From NCBI GenBank assembly GCA_963828495.1, contig CAWHFJ010000009.1, forward strand, positions 298,338-362,337: DNA of 64,000 nucleotides, given 5' to 3'. The notes beneath the pieces were generated by a model. It was not told the origin of the DNA and ran no database searches. It saw only the letters and a program-made list of their open reading frames with translations. This stretch comes from Candidatus Omnitrophota bacterium. GTDB lineage: Bacteria > Omnitrophota > Gorgyraeia > Zapsychrales > Fredricksoniimonadaceae. Both the position numbers and the translations under genes were made by a program. This document shows, piece by piece, positions 1 to 9,971 of this stretch (its first letter is position 1; each line of letters opens with the position of its first letter).

Positions 1-1
1 A

Positions 2-1651
2 CAATCTTTTACCTGGATACAATTTGATACGCTGACCATTAACTTTGGATTTCTGGTCAATCCTTTGAGCATCATGATGCTGTTAATGGTCACGGGTGTT
101 GGCAGCGCCATTTTTATCTACTCGAAAGGGTACATGGCCAAAGATCCCGGTCTGCCGCGATTTTTCGCGTTTTTAAGCTTGTTCGCCTTCTCTATGATAG
201 GCATTGTGCTGGCGAATAATCTCATTGAGCTCTTCATCTGTTGGGAATTAGTCGGTTTAAGCTCCTATCTTGTTATTGGTTTCTGGTATGAAAAGCCTTC
301 TGCGGCAGACGCTGGGGTCAAAGCATTTATGGTCAATCGCTTGGCTGATTTTGGATTGCTGTGCGGGATCCTTTTGTTATGGAGCCTTTCGGATGTGGGT
401 GGCGGCAAAAGTTTTGAGCTGACCCAAATGGCCGCGGTCATCCCTCATTTAAATCCCCAAGTGGGGGAGTGGGTGGCCCTATTATTTTTCTGCGGGGTCA
501 TTGGTAAATCCGCCCAAGTTCCCTTACATGTTTGGCTGCCCGATGCGATGGAAGGCCCGACACCGGTCAGCGCGCTCATTCACGCAGCCACCATGGTGGC
601 CGCGGGCGTCTATTTGCTGGCCCGACTATTTTTTATTTTTGAACCGGCCACAGGCACCCTCGCGATGATTGCCGGTGTGGGCGCCCTCACCGCACTTTTG
701 ACCGCCACGCTCGCCGTGGTTGAGAATGATATCAAACGGATCCTGGCCTATTCCACCATCAGCCAATTAGGTTTAATGGTGATGGCTTTAGGGTTAGGCG
801 GGCCTATGCAAGGGATGTATCATTTAATCACCCATGCCTTTTTTAAGGCCCTGCTATTCTTGGCCGCAGGCAGCGTGATCTATGCCCTTCATCACGAACA
901 AAATATCTGGAACATGAAGGGTCTTTTAAAAAAAATGCCCATCACCGGCGTCACCTTCCTTATAGGAGCGCTGGCCCTTTGCGGGATTTTCCCGCTCAGC
1001 GGTTTTTGGAGTAAGGATGAAGTTTGGTCTCTGGCCTGGGAGCACAACACCGTGCTTTATGTGATCGCCGCTTTAGCGAGCGGCTTAACATCTTTTTATA
1101 TGGGACGCTTATTCTGGGTTGCGTTTTGGGGAAAGCCCTACTCTGCGGATGCCTCCAACGAATCTCCGGCTGTCATGACTATCCCCTTGATCGTCTTAGC
1201 CATCTTTTCTGCTTGCGCAGGGTTCATAGGCATTCCTCATTGGCTCTACCCGCAAATACCTTATCAACCGCTGAATATAAAAATCGCTTGTATGTCTTCT
1301 TTGCTGGCCGTCTTAGGGTTAGGGGCTTCCTACCTGATCTACCGCAAGCGTCCTGCCGTCGACCCGATAGAAAAAACACTCAACGGATTTTACGTTATTT
1401 TAAAAAATAAATACTACTTTGATAGTATTTACAACTGGTATGTCGAGTGCGTCCAGCAAAAATCAGCCCTATTATTATCCCAATGCGAAAAAATATACAT
1501 TGATCGTCTGTGTGTCGGCGGCCTTAAAAACACAGCCAAAACCTCGGCCCGTGTCTTTCGCCATTTACAAAACGGCTTAGTGGGGTTCTACGCCTTAATT
1601 TTTGTTTTAGGGGCCGTCTTTCTCTTTTTGATACTGGCTAAAAATCTATGA
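2..1651 (+). CDS. nuoL: NADH-quinone oxidoreductase subunit L; 5' end lies outside the window
   Basis: ORF 65..1651 stays open in frame back to base 2. NuoL/ND5-type motifs are present (WELVGLSSYLVIGFWY, HAATMVAAGVYLLARL). nuoM and nuoM-like nuoN follow directly. Confidence 0.9.
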   Translation, partial: QSFTWIQFDTLTINFGFLVNPLSIMMLLMVTGVGSAIFIYSKGYMAKDPGLPRFFAFLSLFAFSMIGIVLANNLIELFICWELVGLSSYLVIGFWYEKPSAADAGVKAFMVNRLADFGLLCGILLLWSLSDVGGGKSFELTQMAAVIPHLNPQVGEWVALLFFCGVIGKSAQVPLHVWLPDAMEGPTPVSALIHAATMVAAGVYLLARLFFIFEPATGTLAMIAGVGALTALLTATLAVVENDIKRILAYSTISQLGLMVMALGLGGPMQGMYHLITHAFFKALLFLAAGSVIYALHHEQNIWNMKGLLKKMPITGVTFLIGALALCGIFPLSGFWSKDEVWSLAWEHNTVLYVIAALASGLTSFYMGRLFWVAFWGKPYSADASNESPAVMTIPLIVLAIFSACAGFIGIPHWLYPQIPYQPLNIKIACMSSLLAVLGLGASYLIYRKRPAVDPIEKTLNGFYVILKNKYYFDSIYNWYVECVQQKSALLLSQCEKIYIDRLCVGGLKNTAKTSARVFRHLQNGLVGFYALIFVLGAVFLFLILAKNL

Positions 1652-3181
1652 TCATGCCAACTCTTTCATGGATCCTTTTATTACCGACGATGGGCTTAGG
1701 ACTGCTTGCCTTGGTCCCGTCTCATAATATCTCTTGGCTGCGCAGGATTTCTACTTTTGGCCTCTTGCTGCCTTTGGTTTTGTCTGTCTGGTTTTTTATC
1801 GCGTACGAGCATACGGCGGGCGGTTTTCAATTTATTGAAAAAATTCCCTGGGTTGTCCCCTTTGGGATTGCCTATCATTTAGGCGTGGACGGAATTAATT
1901 CCCTGCTTTTGGTTCTTGTAGGGATTGTTTCCCTCTGTGCTGTTTTAATCTCGGCGCCGGTCAAAGAACGGGTCAAAGAGTATTACATCCTTTTGCTGCT
2001 GACAACAATCGGTGCCTACGGCGCTTTTCTTTCTTTGGATATTTTCTTTTTCTATTTCTTCCATGAAATTGTGACCATCCCGGTCTTTTTGATGATTGCG
2101 ATCTGGGGGTCTGACCGCAAAGAACATGCCGCCATGAAATTGACCCTCTATTTAACCGCCGGCGCGGCTCCTATCTCTCATTGGATTGATAGCCCTGTAT
2201 CATGCGGTAGGCTTAAACACCTTTGATTTCATTCAAATCCAACAGTATTTAGCGCTTCATCCTTTGCCGACAGCCCTTGCGATTTGGATCTTTCCGCTTA
2301 TCGTTCTCGGTTTCGGCATTACGCTCACCCTCTGGCCTTTTTATACCTGGGCGCCCGAAGGATACGCGGCCGCACCCACGTCCGTCAGTATGTTGCATGC
2401 CGGTGTCCTCAAAAAAATGGGGGCTTATGCCATTATCCGTTTCGCCATCCAATTAATGCCTCAGGCCGCGCACATCTGGATGCCTCTCGTCGCTGTTTTA
2501 GCGATATTGAATATCCTTTTCTGCGGGCTTGTGGCGCTGACCCACCGTGATTTGAAATATATTTTGGGGTATTCCAGCTGCAGCCACATGGGATACCTTC
2601 TGCTGGGGCTCGCGTGCTTGAATATCATCGGCCTTAACGGGGTGGTTTTGTTGATGTTTGCGCACGGCGTTATGGTGGCCCTCGCGTTTGCGTTGGTCGG
2701 TTTTGTGGCCCATCAAACCAAAACCCGTAATTTGGATGAATTAGGGGGACTCATCAAATGCATGCCGTTTATCGGCACCTGTTTTATGATGGCGGCCCTC
2801 GCCGCCAGCGGTGTCCCCGGATTTGCCAACTTTGTCGCAGAAATCATGGTTCTTTTGGGTTCATGGACCCCCTACCGCGCTCTGAGCGTGTTGGCCGTCT
2901 TAGGTGTTGTGCTCACGGCCATCTATTGGCTCAAGGCCATCCGTCTTGGTTTTCAAGGCCCCCTGAAACTCCAATGGGCCCAACTGACGGATGCCCAAAC
3001 GACACTCGCGAAATTGCCTTATGCTCTATTGGTGGCCGTATTAATCCTCGTCGGATGCTGGCCATCATTCATTGTGAAACACATTGATTCATCAACACGT
3101 GTCATTGCGAATTCTTTCGATAGTGTCATTGCGAGGTCTTCGTCCGGTGTCATTGCGAGCGAAGCGAAGCAATCTCCTTAA
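1648..3181 (+). CDS. nuoM: NADH-quinone oxidoreductase subunit M, frameshifted as assembled
   Basis: ORFs 1648..2226 and 2186..3181 are the N- and C-halves of one NuoM/ND4 protein. The frame changes near 2165-2170 (..LTAGAA | LLSLIGLIALYHAVG..). An ATGA overlap joins it to the nuoL stop. The last ~25 codons come from a tandem repeat. Confidence 0.85.
3099..3170. repeat. 3 x 24-bp tandem repeat with conserved core GTGTCATTGCGA and a variable 12-nt half
   Basis: The core GTGTCATTGCGA occurs at 3099, 3123 and 3147. It is read in frame as VIAN/VIAR/VIAS at the nuoM C-terminus. The same core recurs at 63890. Confidence 0.8.
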
Positions 3182-3190
3182 GGAAAAAAT

Positions 3191-4640
3191 ATGTTGCCCC
3201 TTATCCACTGGAACTTGATTTCATTAGAAATGCTGATGACCATCACTCTGGCCTTTTTGCTGGTCTTGGATATTATTTTGCCTAAAGACATTCTCAAAGA
3301 CTGGATTGGCACTTTAAGTTTTATCGCTCTGTTTGGGTTAATTGTTTTTTGGAGCACCCAACAGCATCTATGTGGCGTGACCTTTAGCGGGATGTTCGTC
3401 ATGGATTCCCTGGCATGGTTTTTCAAAGGGTTTTTCCTGCTGACAATGGTTTTCATTTTTGTCATGACACAGCAATTCTTTAAGGCGTTGGGCGAACGAC
3501 GCAACGAATTCTATTTATTACTGTGGTTGGCATTAATCGGCATGTGCTTGATTGCCTCCAGCGCTGACTTCCTCTTAATGTTTATCTCTATAGAAATACT
3601 CACCCTGTCTTTGTATGTCATGACCGCGTATCTTAAAAGCGACAAACTTTCCATTGAAGCCGGGATGAAGTATCTCATTTTAGGCGCGCTAGCCTCGGGC
3701 TTTTTCCTTTACGGTATGAGTCTCTTCTACGGCGCCACCGGCTCCACACGTTTTGAGACAATTCAAGGTTTTGTCGCCACACATGCCATGGCGCCCATGA
3801 CCCTTTTGGCCTTGGTCCTCATTTTCGCCGCAGTTGCTTTTAAAATCGCGGCTGTGCCCTTTCATATGCGGGTCCCGGATGTGTATCAAGGCGCCCCGAC
3901 ACCTGTCAGCGCGCTACTCTCCGTCGGCTCAAAGGCCGCCGGATTTGTGATCTTAATCCGGCTTTTCTTCGGTGTTTTCGCCGGCTGGCATCCGCAGTGG
4001 AGTTTGGTGCTGGTGATTCTTTCCGTGATCACAATGACCTACGGCAATTTGGTGGCGATGTTTCAAACTAATATTAAACGATTGATGGGTTATTCCACCA
4101 TCGGCCACGCGGGTTATCTGTTGATGGGTGCGGCGGCGGGCTCTTGGCTGGGAGCAGGAGCTATCAACTTTTATCTTTTAGGATATCTGTTTACGAATTT
4201 AGCCGCGTTTTTAGTGATTGTCCTGTTTTCTGCGGCGACAAACACTGATGAAATTGACAATTATGCCGGGACTCTTCAGGCGCTCAGGTATTTTAGCCTG
4301 TACCATGTTGTTAGCGCTGGTGTCGTTGGCGGGCTTGCCGCCCTTAGCAGGGTTCTTCGGGAAATTTGCTTTACTAATGGCGGTCATCAACCGTGGGCTT
4401 ATTGGGCTCGCCCTGGTTGCCGGGGTCAATATGGTGATCTCGCTCTATTACTATCTGATGATCGCCAAACGTATGTACGTAGACGCCCCCCCTAATGCTT
4501 GCCCTATCCCTGTATCCATGAACATGCGCTTGATCCTTGGCGTGGCTATCATCGGGATCCTCGCTATCGGCATTTTCCAAGGTCGATTCCTGGACGCCGC
4601 CTTAAACGCCGTCAAAGGGATGCATCTACTCCAAAGTTAA
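3191..4640 (+). CDS. nuoN: NADH-quinone oxidoreductase subunit N, frameshifted as assembled
   Basis: ORFs 3191..4495 and 4218..4640 together give a full NuoN/ND2. The frame changes near 4265-4270 (..DEIDNYAG | LFRRSGILACTMLLALVSLAGLPPLAGFFGKF..). Confidence 0.85.
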
Positions 4641-5063
4641 CTCGCCTGTGGGGCTGCGGCTTGCACTATTTGAAACTCCGTCGACGAAAGGTTGCGTCCG
4701 TCCACCCCGACCTGCACGCTATCAACCTGCCGATCTTAGGGATTTGAATACCAGCGCCGTTGCCGATCACCATAGATTAAACTCTATATCTCGTGATATT
4801 AACTCTGACCGGGATTGAAAAAGGAATTTTAGTTTGAGGAATGACCCTGTTACCGTCCGCATCGATCACATCCAATTCTAATAAATGGGCAACTCCCCAC
4901 CTCCGTTGACATCAATTCCAGAATAACAACTTCAACCCGAATTGTACTTGTGTGCGGGAATGAGGCCACACTCCACGTATCCACCCCTGCCGCGCAACAA
5001 AGAAAATGTCCCGTCCGGATGGGGCGTTGCCGCGCTGCATAACAATATCGATTTGACTTCCAT
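4636..5063 (-). pseudogene. Small (~142 aa) conserved-looking hypothetical gene downstream of nuoI, broken by at least 3 frame changes
   Basis: AAGGAG lies 7 nt upstream of the ATG at 5063. Coding-like segments sit in different frames: MEVKSILLCSAATPHPDGTFSLLRG, GVDTWSV..EVVILEL, LELDVIDADGNRVIPQTKIPFSIP and VQVGVDGRNLSSTEFQIV. The 428-nt length is not a multiple of 3. Its stop overlaps the nuoN stop in the palindrome GTTAAC. Confidence 0.45.
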
Positions 5064-5083
5064 GGGTTTACTCCTTTATCATT

Positions 5084-5602
5084 TTATTCTTCCATCAACC
5101 GCTTTTTATTGTAGATCATGTTTTCGCGGGAATATTCGGCGATATTGAGTTTGCCTGTGTCCATGCGGATGGCATCTTCCGGGCAGACCTCAACGCAAAA
5201 CCCGCAGTAAACGCATCTGCCCAGATCGAGGATGAATTCAGCGGGGTATTTTTCGATTCTTGGGTCCGGATGTTCTGCGGCTGTAATTTCGATACACCTG
5301 GCAGGGCAGACGGTTTCACACATCATGCAAGCCACACAGCGCACAGAACCATCCTCGCGTTGCGTCAGCCGGTGACGGGTCCTTGAGCGAAAAGCTAATG
5401 GCCGCGGCTTTTCCGGATATTGGTATGTGGCCGCCGCCGGAATATCCCGGCAAAGCCCCACCGCATGAAGCATGTGCAGAGATAAATTACGGAAGAAATG
5501 TTTGGAGGTAATCCAAACACCGCTAAACAGCGAAGGGATATACGTATTTTCCCACCATGTCAACTGGCGGCGATTAGTTTGTTCCCACCCAGGATTTGCC
5601 AT
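5084..5602 (-). CDS. nuoI: NADH-quinone oxidoreductase subunit I (2x[4Fe-4S] ferredoxin-type)
   Basis: Two CxxCxxCxxxCP motifs are present (CVACMMCETVCP, CVYCGFCVEVCP). It sits directly after nuoH. Confidence 0.9.
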   Translation of the reverse strand: MANPGWEQTNRRQLTWWENTYIPSLFSGVWITSKHFFRNLSLHMLHAVGLCRDIPAAATYQYPEKPRPLAFRSRTRHRLTQREDGSVRCVACMMCETVCPARCIEITAAEHPDPRIEKYPAEFILDLGRCVYCGFCVEVCPEDAIRMDTGKLNIAEYSRENMIYNKKRLMEE

Positions 5603-5606
5603 AAGT

Positions 5607-6689
5607 TTACTTTACCAGAATAATAATAACTGCCGTGACAGCAATATTGAGTAAAGAGGCTGGCAGCAAAATCTTCCATCCCAAATTCATCAACTGATCA
5701 TACCGAAATCTCGGGAACGTCCAGCGCACAGCCATTAAAAACCAAATAAAAAAAATGACCTTAATCAAGAATGAGAGTATCCCTAAGAGTGCGACCGATA
5801 AATTAGACAGCGCTATATGCCCTCCCCATGGAAAAGAAAATCCGTCCGGATGCAAATACAGCACCTGCCAACCTCCTAAGAATAAAGTCGTCATAAGGCT
5901 CGCGACTAACACGGTCTCGATCAAATCGGATAAAAAGAACATCCCGAATTTCATGCCGCTATATTCCACAAAATACCCGATGATTTCGGATTCTCCCTCG
6001 GGCAGATCAAAAGGGGTACGCTTTGTTTCAGCAGTGGCCGCAGTTAAAAATAAAATAAACGCCAGCGGCTGAAGGAAAATCCCCCACTTAGGAAGCCAGC
6101 CGCCAAAAAGATACGCCCCTTGAGCACGGACCAACATCTGCAAGTCCACTGTATTAAAAACCATGACAACGCCCATAATAGCCGCCCCCATGGTGATTTC
6201 ATACGCAATCATCTGGGCCGCGGCGCGCATGGCCCCCAAAAAAGCATAATTATTATTGGAAGCAAACCCTCCTAACACTACCCCGTAAACTCCCATGGAC
6301 ATCATGGCAAAAATAAAAATAAGGGCAATGTTTAGGTTCGCCGCCTGAAGCTCGATGACGCGACTGCCTAAAATCAATTGATTGCCAAAAGGAATGGCCG
6401 CAAAGGCGACTATGGCAAAGGTGAAAGATACATACGGGGCTAGATAAAATAAGAACTTGTTTGCCCCCTCGGGGATGAATTCCTCTTTGCTAAGCATTTT
6501 AAGAAAATCCGCGATCGCGTGAAAAAGCCCGAGCGCCCTAAACCCGAAAATGGTCGCACGGTTGGCCCCTATGCGGTCTTGCATGAGAGCGCTCTGCTTG
6601 CGCTCGACCCACGTCAGAAGGCCGGCGATGTTAAACACGACAAATAGCGTGCCGCAGCTCAATAATAATTTGATGGTTATGTCACTCAT
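5607..6689 (-). CDS. nuoH: NADH-quinone oxidoreductase subunit H
   Basis: Polytopic membrane protein with NuoH/ND1-type sequence (ERKQSALMQDRIGANR, PFDLPEGESEIIGYFVEYSG). Confidence 0.92.
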   Translation of the reverse strand: MSDITIKLLLSCGTLFVVFNIAGLLTWVERKQSALMQDRIGANRATIFGFRALGLFHAIADFLKMLSKEEFIPEGANKFLFYLAPYVSFTFAIVAFAAIPFGNQLILGSRVIELQAANLNIALIFIFAMMSMGVYGVVLGGFASNNNYAFLGAMRAAAQMIAYEITMGAAIMGVVMVFNTVDLQMLVRAQGAYLFGGWLPKWGIFLQPLAFILFLTAATAETKRTPFDLPEGESEIIGYFVEYSGMKFGMFFLSDLIETVLVASLMTTLFLGGWQVLYLHPDGFSFPWGGHIALSNLSVALLGILSFLIKVIFFIWFLMAVRWTFPRFRYDQLMNLGWKILLPASLLNIAVTAVIIILVK

Positions 6690-8238
6690 CGTACGTCATC
6701 CCTGAAAAAGAAGCTATGGTTGCTGCTATATCTTTAAATATCGCTTGAGGATCTTTATAGTTAAGCGGGGCGCCTAATTTTTCACTGAGCATGGATAAAA
6801 TTTCCCAATCCGCACGAGCCTCCCCCAACGGTGGAAAGGCGCTCCAAATCCGCTGGACACGTGACTGACAATTGGTGAATGTTCCGTCTTTTTCTGCATA
6901 AACACTGCTGGGTAAATTCAAATGGGCATAACTGCAGGTCTCATTGACATTACTGCCCTGAAAAACAAGAAGTTTGACCTTCCCGGCGATCTGCTCGACG
7001 GTCTCCTTCCCCCAAAGTTTGACTAAATCATGAGCAAATACATACAATAGATCGATCTCCCCTTGCTTGGCTTTTGCCACGATCTGTTGGGCATCGCCCT
7101 CCGGCGCAAGTATGACCGCGGCCCCCGCCGTATTGGGATTCTTGTCCGCTTTCATGAGAAAATCATCACTGTCCCCCGGCTTTTCAGGCACCCTAAAATC
7201 TACCTGTACCCCGCCGAGCACCTGCTTAAATAATTTCCGAATCACAAAAAGGTCTTCATTGGTCAATTGCGCAGAAGCTAAAACGCCGATTCTATTCAGG
7301 CGATGGGAATCTCTCAAAGGAGAAATGGCCTGAGTCAAGGTGTCCATGGCTTGGTCCCATGAAATCAATTCATCTTTAAATTGCGCTCGCAGGATCCTGT
7401 CCTCATCAATGAAATGGTAATTATACCGGCCCTTGTCGCAGATCCAATAGCTATTGACGTCGGGATTAAGACGCGGCTTAAGACGCATGACCCGCGCTTC
7501 CTTATAAGCGTGCGGCCGCGATTTGTCCCATTCGACGGTAATATTGCACCCCATGCTGCAACTGGGACATACCGATGGCGTTTTCTCCAGATACCAAACA
7601 CGGCACTTGAAACGAAAATCTTTGTCCGTCAAAGCTCCCACAGGACAGATGTCGACGACGTTCCCGGAATAATTATTATCCAGTTGTTGGCCCGGATAAA
7701 CATCTAATTGGGAATGGTCCCCGCGGTTAAAAATGCCGAGTTCGTGCGTTTGTGTAATATTGTCCGTAAACCGCACACACCGCGTACACAGGATGCATCT
7801 CTCCTGGTCGAGCATGACGGTGGGCCCTATCGAAAAAGCCTTCTTTTCCTTTTTAACTTTGACATCGGCCAAACGGCTGTTATACAGACCATGCGCCATG
7901 TAATAATCTTGCAGTTTACATTCCCCTGACTGGTCACATACCGGACAATCCAGCGGATGATTGACTAACAAAAATTCCAATACGCTTTTACGGGCTTCCA
8001 GGACCTTGGGAGAATGGGTTTTAACAACCATCCCCTCGGCCACCGGCGTATAGCAAGAAATTTGCAGTTTGGGTTGGCGGTCCACCTCGACCAAACAAAT
8101 ACGGCAATTGCCGGCAATGGGCAGGGCCGAATGATAACAGTAGTGGGGAATCGATATCCCCAGTTTTTTCGCTGCCTGGATGATCGTTGTCCCGGCCGGA
8201 ACTTCTATCTGTTTTCCGTCAATGGTCAAATGAGGCAT
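6682..8238 (-). CDS. nuoG: NADH-quinone oxidoreductase subunit G, short form (518 aa)
   Basis: N-terminal 2Fe-2S ferredoxin fold followed by 4Fe-4S cysteine clusters (CYHSALPIAGNCRICLVEV, HPLDCPVCDQSGEC, CILCTRCVRF). It overlaps nuoF and nuoH. Confidence 0.85.
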   Translation of the reverse strand: MPHLTIDGKQIEVPAGTTIIQAAKKLGISIPHYCYHSALPIAGNCRICLVEVDRQPKLQISCYTPVAEGMVVKTHSPKVLEARKSVLEFLLVNHPLDCPVCDQSGECKLQDYYMAHGLYNSRLADVKVKKEKKAFSIGPTVMLDQERCILCTRCVRFTDNITQTHELGIFNRGDHSQLDVYPGQQLDNNYSGNVVDICPVGALTDKDFRFKCRVWYLEKTPSVCPSCSMGCNITVEWDKSRPHAYKEARVMRLKPRLNPDVNSYWICDKGRYNYHFIDEDRILRAQFKDELISWDQAMDTLTQAISPLRDSHRLNRIGVLASAQLTNEDLFVIRKLFKQVLGGVQVDFRVPEKPGDSDDFLMKADKNPNTAGAAVILAPEGDAQQIVAKAKQGEIDLLYVFAHDLVKLWGKETVEQIAGKVKLLVFQGSNVNETCSYAHLNLPSSVYAEKDGTFTNCQSRVQRIWSAFPPLGEARADWEILSMLSEKLGAPLNYKDPQAIFKDIAATIASFSGMTYDE

Positions 8239-9485
8239 ATTCTATCCCTGATCTTGTTTTCAAATTCACCGCGGAATTTGGCAACATAACTGGCGACACA
8301 CATGGTGACCGCATCCCCGAAGGCGCAAATCGTATTGCCTCCGATATTATCCACAATCCCCGGAAGATTGTTCAAATCATGGGGACGGGCTGTCCTTTCA
8401 TAAATCCTTTTAATATTGCGATAGGCCCATCCGCTGCCTTCACGGCAGGGAGAACATTGCCCGCAGGATTCATTGGCAAAAAACCTGGCCGCTACCATCG
8501 CCGCGAAAACCATGTCGGTGGTATCATCCATGACAATGATCCCGCCGGAGCCCGCCATCGAGCCGATCGCTTTGAGAGAATCAAAATCCATTTTTACATC
8601 AATTTCATCCGCCGTCAGGACCGGCGCTGAAATGCCCCCCGGAATGACCGCCTTAAGTGTGTGTCCATGAGGAATGCCTCCGGCATGTTCATAGATAATT
8701 GTACGCAGCGGTGTTCCCATAGGCAGCTCATATAATCCGGGCTTCTGGATATGTCCGCTTACGGAAAAAAGCCGGTTGCCTCCGTTTTTTTCACAGCCTA
8801 ATTGTGCAAACCACTCGGCGCCTTTATTGATAATAGGCGCTACACACGCGATAGTTTCCACATTATTAACGACCGTAGGGCATCCGAACAACCCTACCAC
8901 CGCCGGAAACGGCGGTTTAAGGCGCGGGAACCCCTTTTTCCCTTCCAGCGACTCCAAAAGTCCGGTTTCTTCGCCGCAGATATAAGCGCCTGCCCCCTGA
9001 TGCACGACCACATCGATATCAAAATCCATACCCATAATACCCCGGCCCAAAAATCCGGCCTTGTAAGCCTCATCCACCGCGCCTTGAAATGTCTGCAAAG
9101 ATTTTTCGTATTCTCCGCGGATATACACATAGGCTTTGTGACTGCCGATGGCAAAGCACGTGATAATAATCCCTTCGAGCACGGCATGGGGATCCTGCTC
9201 TAAAATGTACCTATCTTTAAATGTCCCCGGCTCTCCTTCATCGGCATTGACGACTAAATATTTGGGCTTAGGATTGTCCCTCGGAATAAAACTCCATTTC
9301 ATCCCTGTCGGAAATCCTGCCCCGCCTAGCCCGCGCAAGTTAGACTTCTTGACCTCATCAATGACTTGGGCTGGCGTCATGTGCGTCAAGGCTTTACGGG
9401 CAGCCCGATAACCATTATCCTTCACATAATTGATGAAACTCTGTGAACTGTCCTGGCCAAAATGCCGGCTGATAACTTTTTCCAT
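8226..9485 (-). CDS. nuoF: NADH-quinone oxidoreductase subunit F (FMN/NADH-binding)
   Basis: Typical NuoF sequence: GLRGLGGAGFPTGMKW, YICGEETGLLESLEG, ESCGQCSPCREG. Confidence 0.92.
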   Translation of the reverse strand: MEKVISRHFGQDSSQSFINYVKDNGYRAARKALTHMTPAQVIDEVKKSNLRGLGGAGFPTGMKWSFIPRDNPKPKYLVVNADEGEPGTFKDRYILEQDPHAVLEGIIITCFAIGSHKAYVYIRGEYEKSLQTFQGAVDEAYKAGFLGRGIMGMDFDIDVVVHQGAGAYICGEETGLLESLEGKKGFPRLKPPFPAVVGLFGCPTVVNNVETIACVAPIINKGAEWFAQLGCEKNGGNRLFSVSGHIQKPGLYELPMGTPLRTIIYEHAGGIPHGHTLKAVIPGGISAPVLTADEIDVKMDFDSLKAIGSMAGSGGIIVMDDTTDMVFAAMVAARFFANESCGQCSPCREGSGWAYRNIKRIYERTARPHDLNNLPGIVDNIGGNTICAFGDAVTMCVASYVAKFRGEFENKIRDRICLI

Positions 9486-9487
9486 AA

Positions 9488-9925
9488 TTAGCTGTTCTTA
9501 TCAATTAATTCGTCAATTTTCTTCTTGTTTAAACAACCTGTGTATTCCTTATTAACCTGCATCATCGGCGCTGTTTCACAAGCGCCCAGACACTCCACCA
9601 CGCTCAAGCTAAATTTGCCGTCAGGCGTTGTTTCTCCGGGGTTAAGGCCTAGTCTTTCTTTCAAATGGGCAAGGATATCTTCGCTCCCGTGTAAAGCGCA
9701 AGAAGTGGTTTGGCAAACGGAAAAATGGCATTTGCCTTTTTTGGTCTGATGGAACAAGTGGTAGAAAGAAACCACTTCATGCACACCAACAACCGGAATG
9801 CCCAAATACGCCGCCATGTTCTTTTCTGCCAGCGGTGATATCAGGCCTTCTTTGTGTTGGATATACTGCAGCGCCGGCAAAAGCGCCGCCCGCTTGTGCT
9901 CATACTTGGCTACAATTTTATCCAA
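9488..9925 (-). CDS. nuoE: NADH-quinone oxidoreductase subunit E
   Basis: Thioredoxin-like 2Fe-2S protein with the cysteine pattern CQTTSC...CLGACETAP. It sits between nuoD and nuoF. Confidence 0.88.
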   Translation of the reverse strand: MDKIVAKYEHKRAALLPALQYIQHKEGLISPLAEKNMAAYLGIPVVGVHEVVSFYHLFHQTKKGKCHFSVCQTTSCALHGSEDILAHLKERLGLNPGETTPDGKFSLSVVECLGACETAPMMQVNKEYTGCLNKKKIDELIDKNS

Positions 9926-9971
9926 CTCTTGTAAATACTCTGCGGTAAAAATAACACCCTCCCCTTAATTG

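Noticed and set aside
1024-3087. Alternative-frame and antisense ORFs inside nuoL/nuoM (for example 1024..1410, 2284..2550, 2758..3087)
   Set aside because: They are embedded in strongly supported membrane-subunit genes, are Arg/Cys/Pro-rich and have no start context. These are typical shadow ORFs.
3099-3170. A mini-CRISPR array (12-nt conserved core plus 12-nt variable segments, three units)
   Set aside because: The units are far too short. The array lies in frame inside nuoM, no cas genes are nearby, and the core belongs to a dispersed REP-like family.
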